Shown: piece by piece, positions 54,001-64,000 of the stretch
How the letters are laid out: every line of letters begins with the position of its first letter
Numbering within the stretch: position 1 is the first letter of the stretch
DNA from: Paragordius varius
Lineage: Eukaryota; Animalia; Nematomorpha
Assembly: GCA_964247055.1 (NCBI GenBank)
Contig: OZ176052.1
Location: 3,534,001-3,598,000 of the forward strand
DNA length: 64,000 bases
Direction: 5' to 3'
The notes under the pieces: generated by a model
Database searches by the model: none
What the model was told of the DNA's origin: nothing
What the model saw: the letters and a program-made list of their open reading frames with translations, nothing else
Program-made: the position numbers and the translations under genes

Positions 54001-57000
54001 TAAATCTTATTTTTTTTATTATAACTCATTGTTTATGATTGCAAAGTCTGAATTAGAGATATTTATTGGGAACACAATCAATTATATATATGTATATATA
54101 TTATTATTGCAATGAAATAATTTGTTTGGGAAAAATTAGGTTTAAAAAGTATGTTTGTTTTTATAGTTTTACGTTTTGTCCGTATAATTTAAATTTTTAT
54201 TGCAATATTTGATAAAGATGCTCCAAAATTACATATCAAGCACAATACTCAAGTCATTAACGAATCTAGTATCATACATGTGAACGAATTCGATGCCGTT
54301 AACATTACAGCTCGTGTGCGTGCCTATACTAATTTCAAAGTTTATATAAGAATAATTTAACATACCTATTCATAAATTTTAAATTTAAATATATGGTAAT
54401 ATGATAAACATGGGCAAAAAATATTTCAATTTTAACTTTTTATTTAAATCGCTTCTTACACAATACTTGCAAATCGCTTTATAAAAAAGTTAATTTATTA
54501 ATATTTTTATTCATAAGATTATTTGGTCCAAATTGAGCGATCAAAACAAAAAAATCGAAGAAAAACAATTGTATTTTTCCAACATTGGAAGGGTAGATGA
54601 AGGATTATACAATGTCACATTGATCGTCGATTCATTAGTTTTGGATGAAATCGTTCCGGCAAAAATTTCCTCCTTATATTTTTCTATCAATGTCAAAGGT
54701 ATATTAAGTTTTTTGTTTATATTACTATATCTTCAAATTTTAAGTGTCCTTATTTTGTGTGCCTTATAGGGAGGAAGCCCCCAGTATATATATAACTAAC
54801 AATTATTATATATATTATCTCTCTATTCACCATTGAACACACTTTCAAATTCTTCCCGGAACATTACAAAATAAAAAATTATGTCTCTTATAATAAAATT
54901 TATTATTTTTTGCCTATATAATGAACGTTTTTTTATGATTAACGATATCTAACTATTTTAGGGTGAGTTTAAAGAAAAGGGTTAATTTGAGTTATTAGTA
55001 CCATTTTTAGAAATTTTATCCTGTTTTTCAAACAAATTTTATATCAAAACAGTAAGTGGTTGCCCAATGTTTGATATGAATTACCTGAAACCCATGGGTA
55101 TTGGCATTAAACTTTTGGGAGGAGAAAATAACAATAACAATAATAATATGAAGGACTTGCCTCCGTTCGCACCTTACAATCAAGTGGTTGAATGGTCTTG
55201 CAATCAAACCATGTACGGTTTTATTCAAATAAAATGTCTTTATTCGGGGGAATGGGATGCTGCTGCCCCTTACTGTGGTAACTGACATTTTAATGTTTTA
55301 TTATTTTGCAATTGATGGCTAAAACATATGTGCTTTTGTCTCAAAGGATTTTAGTAACAATAAAAGTTTGTGCGGACTCTAATTTTTCAATTAATTAATT
55401 TTATTGATTTTCGAAATGAATATATAGATGGAAGACAATAAGCCACAAAAATTTATTACATCCTAATTCCTTTAAAAAATCCAAAAAACAAAATAGAGAT
55501 CAATTATAAATTAATCACACTATAAAAAAATTTATAATAAGGATAAAATTCAAAAAATTATTTTAGATCTGTTCGCGGTTTGCGGTTTTGCTAATCAATT
55601 TTAATATCTAATATAATAATCTACAAAAATAATCAATCATAAATACTTTTAAAATGATAATATTTTAGGTTGCAAGCTCCCTGCAATATCACACGGATAC
55701 CCATTCAATGAAGGTGGTCGATGGCGAATTATATGCGAAAAAGGCTATGCTATTAAAGATCCACGAATATCTTGTAAAACAACCAAACTCTCATGTGAAA
55801 GAAGTAACTTTTGTAACTAGCGATCATAGGGTTTTTTCGATCTAAAATAAAATCCCATTAAATTTATATATATTATAAGATGCAAATTGATAATTAGAAT
55901 GTGATGTGGATGATGCAAATCGATACAGCTTTGAAAGTAGTCCTTTATATTCGTTTGATGGGGAGAAACGGGATTTCCAATGTCACATCACTGGTGAAAT
56001 TCGAGGTGTTCAAGAAAAAGTTTGTGAAAATGGTTCATGGATTAATGCAGACACCTGCGTCTCCGGTATAAATTGTCATAACCAAGATAATTTTGGTAAA
56101 CAAAAAAGGGGTTATTACCAAATTAGGGGCCAACACAAATGATTTGCGGGCCGCATTTTAAAAATATATGGGTCATTATATATTTTAATAGATTTCATAC
56201 CCAAGACTCTATAATTTCACGACAACTAATAAACACTATGCATTTCACCAATCTAGTTCGTTGCCTAAATTTATTAAAAAGTCTTCAGATTATTTGGTTA
56301 AAAAATACCAATTTAGCATAAATAACTATGAAAATAAATATTTCTTTGGTAAATATTATTTTTACGCGTTCCACGGAGGGCCGCATGGGACATTCACTAA
56401 ATTACATAATAAAGGCATTTTAATGGTTGCTTATTACACAATATAGTAGGGTAATTCGCAACACAGGAGTGTATGGGAAAAGCAACACAATGTTTAATAA
56501 TCAATTATTTCCTTTCATATTTCCATACACTCATGTGTTGCAAATTGCCCTACTATAGTATGAAATAAGCAACAATTAAAATGCCAACTGTATTTGTAAG
56601 CAAAAAAACTAGTTTATTTATCACTTATTATTATTTAATTTTATTTAATAATTGTGAACTCAATTCGATTTCCCAATTAATATATCCCTATAATAATAAT
56701 TTAATTTTAGAGTAAGTATATTGAAGGATTATTAATTTAATTTGTTTAACTAAAAAAGTTTTATATAATATTGGTAAAGTTTTCACGGGGCATTTTTGTT
56801 TAGATAATGAATAAATGAGGATATATGTTAGTATATATTTACAGGATGTCCGTCACCAAATATCAAATTTTCGACATATTCAAGTAATTTTTTTATTTTA
56901 CCGCATACTGTCAAATTTATTTGTTATTCTAAAAACAGCATTTAATTTTTTACATACTTTTATAAAGATTTTTAAGATAGAGTAGAATATAATAAATTTT

Positions 57001-58660
57001 AGATAGCAAATTATTTTTATAACCTTATTTTTAATAACATATTAGAATACGACAAAAACACCCTACGAATACTTCTCCGAAAACGTGATGATGAAGGTGA
57101 GTTTTATAAATTAACTGTTTACTAAAAAAATAAATACCTAAATGTTAATGGACCCTTTTAAAACTGCGAAGAATATGTAATTAACTAATTTAAAATCTAG
57201 TATACTTTTAACTTGTACATTCATTCTACTGTGTATGATTAAATAAATAAAGGGTTTTTTTACAGAACAAATTATTTTTCCAATTAATTTTTTCTAAATA
57301 TTACAGTATGAGTAAGTATACATTGCTAGAAAGTTATTAATTATTGCCAAGTAGTAGATACAACAAAGGGCAGTATTATTGGCTAATAATATTAAAAAGT
57401 TAAAAAAATAATTCTATAAGCCAATAATACTGCCCTTTATTGTGTTTACTATTTGACAATAATTAATAACTTTTTAGCAATGTATACTTACTCATACAGT
57501 AGCTAACAAATATATATATATGTGTGTGTGTATGTATGTATAGAGATTAAACCATCAAACGATGAAAATGAAAAAGTGGATCAAACTGAGAAACCAGTGA
57601 CCCTTACACCCATCAATACTGCCAACGAAATTAACACTCTTAATTTGGGTAGGGAAGGTTTAGGGTTTGGGGTTGCAAACAATCGAATCGGAGAAAAGGG
57701 AGAATACCTGGACAAAATATTTCGGATTGGTACACGCCTTGAAATTCATTGCGATTTTATTAGGGTTCGAGAGGGTGGTGATTTTGTAACTTGCATGAAA
57801 AGTGGTAATTGGGAACCGGTAGTTAGTTGTTCAAGTATATGCTATAGTTCAAGAAATATTTTTCTTGTTTTATATCAATTTGCAAAAAGTTGTTGATATT
57901 AAATTTTATCATAATTTATACATCTCGGCATAAACAGTTGATTTATAGTTGTTTTTAGCGATGAAATCAAAGTTTTTTTTTAAATTAGAATGCAAAGGGT
58001 ATGAAACCATAGGCCTTGGCCTAAAAAATGTGTCAGACCCATCACAACGTATGGGACAGATGTGCACAAATGGTAATAGCCTTCCAACCTTTGATATCAA
58101 TTGTAATGTTGTCAAGAGAAAATGTCAAACTGGTAAATAAATCATTCTCTACTTAAAAAAATTTATTAGAATGTGTGCAACCATTGATTGAAAATGGGAA
58201 TTTCAAATTTTTAACCACGACTCAACGATTCACTGTAAACACCACTATAATTATTAATTGTAATGAAGGATTTACTCTAGATCACCCAAATGACACGGCA
58301 GTTTGTTTGGAGACAGGGTGGACACAAATGCCAAGATGCGTAAAAGGTAATGGGATGTATATTGTTTTTATTCTGTAAGTATTTATATATATTTTAAAAT
58401 TACAGCTTATTTAACATTTAAATGACTGGCATCAGATTGGGTCTATGTGATAAGTAATAACCGTCTGAATGCATAAATACGGATCTAAGGCGTTGTAAAT
58501 AGGGGACTAAGTGATTTTTCTTTGTTATTTAATTCAGGGTACTTCGGAAAATTTATAGGGCATGTGCTTATACCCATAGGTACAAAAATTGTGGTAAAAA
58601 ACTGCAAAACGTTTGTTTTTATATGGACATAAAAATTGTATACTTTTATTAATTTGAAGT

Positions 58661-58723
<63 letters not shown>

Positions 58724-61700
58724 TTTATAACACAAAATATATAGAGCAGTTTTTAAATACATCATTTGTAGGGTGTATGTTTGAAGGGGATGAACCTCAG
58801 ACCCTAATAGATATAAACACAAACCAAAATGTTTATAAAGTTTATCCTTTGGAAACGACATTAGTTGTCCGTTGTCCCGAAAAGATGCGTCTTACACAAG
58901 ATTCCAACATGAATTGCTTGAATGGCAGTTGGGATGGAGTTCCTAGTTGCGTGAAAGGAGGTACAAACTCTATAAATTAAATTTAGAGGTAAAAAATAAT
59001 TTTAATTTTTTGATAAAAAAAAATATTTAAATTTAAAATAGGCAATTAATTTTTCAATCATATTAATGTTTTTATAAAAGATCTACCGCTAAAAACATAT
59101 TCTGAATTATACGAATTAATTTTTATTGAATAGAGAAAGCTAGTGCCAATTGTGAAATCATAATTATATTACAAAAGTGTTAAAAGAAAATATTTGGGAT
59201 TTTGTTTAACAATATATATTAATACTGGTAAAAAACCTAATAAATATAAGTAATGTAGGATTGATAGATAGATATATATAAAATTTTATGTTGAACCGGT
59301 GAAACAACCACGTAAATCTTGCAAATATACAATTTCAATTTTTATTCTTTGTAGATGTGTTTTCCCATTTTAAACATAACTAATTAAATTAACTATTTTA
59401 TAGGTGGAATATCCACTATAGTAATTATTTGTGTAGTGGTATTCATCATATTAATTTTGGCATCTATTGTTTACATGGTCATCAAATACAAGCGACAAAA
59501 TAAAGGTACTTTATGACATTAAAACAATTAATTAACTATTCTGGTATAAATCATCTTATCACAAACCGGTTTCCTGCAAAAAGGGACGATATTTATGGAT
59601 AGAACTTACCAACTTTCAGATCGAAATTAATTTCATCTTGCAAAGAAAAACAAACTCAAAAATTATTTTAAGGAGTCAGCTTTTTAAAAAATTATTGTTA
59701 TAAATTTTTTATTTATAAATTATGGTTAAAACTTGTTTATCTATGAAAATATTAAAAATATATAATTAAAGCTTCTATTTCAGTAAGCCATAACATGTGT
59801 TAAGAAAAGTGGCTAGAACAGACATAAACCCGCGAATTGAGGATTCAATATTTGCGAAATCATGTTCACAAAATCTTAATAAAATTAATTCCAAACAATG
59901 TTCTGATCAGTCTATTCAATCGGAAACGACTAGAAAAAAATGTTATATTGTATTTTCATTTTACAGTCTCATGTTTGAAATTTAACCTATTTATGAATGC
60001 CCTTATTCTGATTTTGAGATATAATCAAAAGTATTTTTTAGGGTTGAAAGTGTGAAAAATCTAAGCACTATTTTTTGGCTTTTGTCATTGGTAGATTAAC
60101 AAAATTTGTGTTAAAACATGTGATCGTTCAGCTGAGGTGGTGGAAATACAAATATGTTTTTTTAAGAAAATTTATATTTAAAAATTGTTAGGCTTGTTTT
60201 TACATTTATAAATTCAGATTATTGCTCAAATTTTACTTGAAACGCTCCCATTTTATATAATACACTCAAGTATCAAACGGACTAAATTGAGAAGCTATTG
60301 TGCAAAACAAACGCATAAAGCAAAACTCCCCTGCTAGTTTCACATTTTATGAATCCCAAATATAAATTTCTAAATTTTATGAAAAACTTTTGATTTTATT
60401 TCATCTGATTTTTGCATTTTATACGCTTTACTTTGTTACTTCCAAGCTTATCGAAACACATGCATCTAAGTTATTAATAACTATTTAGTGAATAGCAAAG
60501 TTTTCGATTTTGATTCATAAATAAAAATTTATTATAAAAATTCTTTAAAAATACCTTTTTCTTTAGTTTTTCGGATTCTGTAAGCTGGTGATTTCTCTAA
60601 CTATAAATACGTAAATAAAATAAATTTCACCCTAAATTAGACCCATTATGTAAATATAATGAGTTTATTTATATCGATTAAAATCAGGGTCTAAAACCGG
60701 AATAGACCCATTTCATAAGGTTTTTTTAAATTATAGCAAACTTTGGTCTTTTAGTACTAAAACGGTTACAAACTTTTTTAAAAAAAGTGGACTACTACCA
60801 AAATGGATTTGGTTTTGAGCCTTAAGCGCTAATTCCTTTAGAATCTCAAAAACCTTGGGTTTTTGTAATTTTAATCTTTTTTTGAAGAAATATTAATTAA
60901 TTATATTATTATAATTAACATTAAAGCTTTGGAAGAGCAAGAGGAATTGGATATCGTTGAAGCTCCAGGTAACCTATTTTATTTTAATATGGTTTATTAA
61001 TTTTTTGTTTAACTCTTCATTAGATATGTATTTTTTGGCAGCGATGACCTTTTGGGGTAGTATTCTATTAAAGTAGTTAGCAAACAACTATGAAAGTTGT
61101 TTTGGTTAAAATTTAATTATCAAAGACTTTTCTATTGTATATAAACACTTATCATTTTAGAGTTTTAACTTCTAGTGTCCCGAGTTGTGACAGAAAACAT
61201 GGTTAAAATAAACAGCTGATTTTAATATAATTAAATTTCAAGTATTGCTAGTAAAAGCAATTTAAGGGCTTAATTTAATTATTAAATTTGCCTGTTAAGA
61301 CGCGGAAAAGTTTGAGATGATCATTTTTTACACTTCTACATTAAAAAATTGTATCATGCGCCTAAAAGGCTAAAGAAATTTTTAAATTTGGCCCAATACT
61401 AGTAATATTTTTATGATATTTTTTGAATGACCTGGGTATTAAACTTTCCTAAAAGGTCACGAAGCGTTAAAAAACTATAACGTCTCCCTTAATATATTCA
61501 GTATATTGTGTAAACAAAAAACTTACAATTATATATCCATTTAACAATAAAAAGGAGCAAGATAAAATACATTTTTAATTGAATTAATTTAATATAGAGC
61601 AAGAAGTATCTGAATATGCGCCGACTGAAGCTACCGAAACATTGTACCATTATACACATTTTGAATTTGTGGACCCGAAATTCGAAAAATTGGAACAATC

Positions 61701-61734
61701 AGAAATTTATGCTTCGGAAAACGATCCAAAATAA
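38207..61734 (+). CDS. Multi-exon type I membrane receptor: FTP/fucolectin-like x3, Ig-like x~7, sushi/CCP x~7, TM, acidic cytoplasmic tail (5' end and signal peptide not located)
   Basis: Phase-compatible GT-AG exons were joined by hand. FTP-like exons are 38207-38240, 38698-38964, 39599-39690, 40177-40308, 41644-41930, 42063-42129 and 42213-42464 (FDIKIGQS...C; GQYVSIR...FSICHLQVFG; ARFIVFK...SLCLTDVEIIG). Ig-like exons are 42652-43077, ~43157-43473, ~43863-44450, 45122-45410 (FNWY...DAGIYFC), ~50392-50486, ~52422-52596, 53629-53866 and ~54218-54697. Sushi exons span ~55037-58960 (e.g. CVQPLIENG...CNEGFTL...CLETGWTQMPRC). The TM exon 59404-59505 reads IVIICVVVFIILILASIVYMVIKYKRQNK. Tail exons are 60927-60968 and 61598-61734, with AATAAA at ~61783. 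Confidence 0.85.
38294..38623. mobile_element. hAT/Charlie-like MITE
   Basis: It runs from taggggtctccaacatgcggtccgc to atgcggctcgc...ggacacccttg, termini typical of hAT-derived MITEs. Confidence 0.6.
39345..39558. mobile_element. hAT-like MITE; related remnants at ~43550-43760, ~44735-44940 and ~56125-56400
   Basis: It runs from caggggcgtctaac to cggacaccct and contains internal cggccc/gggccg motifs. Confidence 0.55.
45592..50126 (-). mobile_element. Full-length but decayed Ty3/gypsy LTR retrotransposon (Mag-like), antisense in a receptor intron
   Basis: The LTRs are 45592-45883 and 49834-50126 (TG...CA), with a 5-bp TSD CGCAT at 45587-45591 and 50127-50131. On the minus strand the PBS TGGTGGCCAAGACGAG is next to the 5' LTR and the PPT AAGGGGGAAGTGA is next to the 3' LTR. 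Gag has a CCHC knuckle (CNKCGKPHHFAKMC). Protease, RT, RNase H (YTTIEKELKAIVFALEKFHNFIYGRKFEILTDHLPL) and integrase (46067-47059; WERLHIDIAGP, VISDNASYF, PYHPKSNGMVER) follow in gypsy order, broken by frameshifts and stops. Confidence 0.96.
51006..52169. mobile_element. Tc1/mariner-like non-autonomous element; related partial copy at ~62960-63300
   Basis: TA-flanked ends ta|cacaatgtc and gacgcagtg|ta; long imperfect inverted repeats include ctgatagaaaaatg...gattatcatggtgcttttggtttta. Confidence 0.6.
57304..57499. mobile_element. Hairpin MITE (Tc1/mariner-derived, TA-flanked)
   Basis: Near-perfect inverted arms of ~80 bp (cagtatgagtaagtatacattgcta...tagcaatgtatacttactcatacag), with TA on each side. 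Confidence 0.7.
58665..58721. repeat. (TA)n microsatellite; others near 450, 12780, 26420, 39560, 51030 and 62610
   Basis: Directly visible TA dinucleotide runs. Confidence 0.95.
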
Positions 61735-62605
61735 TCTATTGTTTAATAATATTTTATATGATACATATAATGTTTTGTAAATAATAAATAATATTACCAT
61801 TGATCGTGGTTTAATTCAGGAATCATTCATTCATAAATGTTAAAACAGTACTTTAATTTTTACATACATGCGTCGGTAATTTAGAGAATAACTTTGCTAA
61901 ATTGATAGTAATTTTTTTTCCAATAAAGAAATATATTTTGTCACCAACACGATTTTATGTTTGTATATATATTTAACTAAGGTAGGACGGCATGGTTCTA
62001 TCCAGGGGCTAGTCTAAATAAGCGCTCGAAAAAAATATTTGCCTTTCTAGGATTACCTAAAAACATTATCGAATATTACAGTCTCATAACTTGGGCGCAA
62101 ATTGATTCATATATTATATTTGGGGATTATTTATGAAAATATTGTAATTTAATTACGAATATAACAAAGTTTTTACCACCTTTGTGGCCCTTCTATATTA
62201 AGAATCCAATATTCGGATACATTTTGCTAAATAAAATTTTTATTGTGATAGCCAATTGCTTCATTTAGGATAAATCAATAAAATACATGACAAACTACCT
62301 TGAAAAGCAAAATATATTTTTAGAAAAATTATGTGAAAAATTCTTAACTTTTTGGATTCGCCTAATGGACAGGCTTTTTTGAAGTAAGCGCATAAATGCC
62401 GATATTGTGCGATAAAAATTTTGAATATATCTATTTAAAATAATAATATTTTGCTAAAATATAGTTTAGAAGACATATTTCGAGCTCTATGGCATTTTAA
62501 AGCATTGTGGAAATTATTATAAAGATGCATATGTTATAAAAACACTTTAATATATGACTTAAAACGGCGTTTGACATATAAAATAATTTTTTGTTAAAAA
62601 CAAAA

Positions 62606-62660
<55 letters not shown>

Positions 62661-64000
62661 TGAAGCTGATAGAAATGTTCAGCCCCATCAAATTATATAA
62701 AAATGATATTATAATATGTTATAGTGTTATACCCTTTCCACCATGCTAAATTAAATTAACAAAATAACTAATGATATGAAAATTTTTTGATGTCATTTTA
62801 TATTTAATATTCTTATCGTTTTACCTGACACTTAGAAAATTGCCCAATTGTCCAAAATTTTGATACTTTCGGAGTTAGATCTAAAATTTTAAATTTTAAA
62901 AAAATATTTGCTTTTTTATATATTTAATTTTATACATAGGATTATTGGGATATATAAATCCTTATACTATGAAAGCAAAATGTATCAGAATTATCACGGT
63001 GCTTTTGGTTTTGGCTATTACGAGCTATATAAGAAAGTTATGTACACTTATGATAACTACTCCATCTCAGAAAATGGCAAAATTTGCGACATTAATTTTA
63101 TTTTGATGACAAAAAATATCACACCATAAATAATATAAAAAACAAGAATATTTTTTAATTGATATAGCTTTGAAAGACCCAATTTTGCCTTAATTCGGGG
63201 TAGTGTCCATAAAATACACGTAAAAATGCCGACATATGGCAATAAAAATTTATTATATGCTAAATTTTGACATTAAAAAAGTTTTTTCCCCGAAAATTAT
63301 TTTAATTCATAAAAAATTTATTGAAGCGTTCTTCCTACTGTTTTAAGGTAGGATGGAAAAGGTATTAAAATAGATATTATATAATTTTCTATATAATTGA
63401 TGAGCCTAATCATTTTTATCTTTCAGAATTTAATTAAACATTTTATTACATTTTAGTGCAGCTTTATATCCCAAAACTATTTAAAATTTTGTTATCTTAA
63501 AAAGTTTTGGTATTAAGCGGATTTAAATATATGCACTTTAGTTTTTTAAGCAGATTATACAAAAAATTTTTTATATGGTAACTCATCTCAAACTTTTTCC
63601 GCCATTTTTTTTATAATTTTTTTAAATCGCTTATGCCACAGGCTAAAAATTATTGGAAAATGTAAATAATTTATTTTAAAGAGCTTCAGTCTGTATTTTA
63701 GCAGCAAAAACTTGATATTTTAATATCAGCTGTTTATTTTAATCATGTTTTGGAACTGACCCGATAGGCTCTAGAAGTCATAATAAAAAAACTTTTTTCT
63801 TATACATGAGAGCAATGTTTGATATATTTTAACTAATATAACTTTCAAAACTGTAGTTTAATTATGAAATTGAGTTTTGGGATATTAAACTATCCCAGAA
63901 GTTAAAATATGCTAATGAAGTGTTAAAGGCTCCTTTGAATTCAAATTTAGGTGCATTTTAGTAATAAAAACAATTTATATTTAACATAAATAAATAAAAC

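Noticed and set aside
59784-59985. ORF 59797-59985 as a cytoplasmic exon of the receptor
   Set aside because: The available acceptors give in-frame stops in the required phase (VSHNMC* or AITCVKKSG*). A short alternative last exon cannot be excluded but has no support.
1-64000. CRISPR arrays, rRNA, tRNA or prokaryotic operons
   Set aside because: None was seen. The repeats are TE-derived or microsatellites, and the genes are spliced eukaryotic genes.

Overview
This is AT-rich animal (invertebrate-like) nuclear DNA with spliceosomal introns; the organism cannot be named from the sequence alone. Three intron-containing protein genes lie on the + strand. (1) The 3' part of CTU1 (tRNA 2-thiolation) runs from 214 to 4298. 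(2) A WSTF/ACF1-family (BAZ1) chromatin-remodelling subunit spans 10665-28249; it has WAC, DDT, WHIM and two PHD-type fingers and appears to stop without a bromodomain. (3) A large single-pass receptor spans about 38207-61734, with its 5' end unresolved; I read it as 3 FTP/fucolectin-like domains, about 7 Ig domains, about 7 sushi/CCP domains, a TM helix and an acidic Tyr-containing tail. Intron sizes are strikingly bimodal: 24-43 nt micro-introns sit beside multi-kb introns full of transposons. Mobile DNA includes an RTE LINE with a 12-bp TSD, a twin-priming-type 5' inversion and a PHD finger inside its RT; a full-length but decayed Ty3/gypsy element; five copies of a non-autonomous Helitron family; a 2.3-kb fold-back PIF/Harbinger-like element; and several MITE families. 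No rRNA, tRNA or CRISPR array was seen. All exon structures and domain calls were made by eye from hand translation and recalled family motifs; no database search was run.
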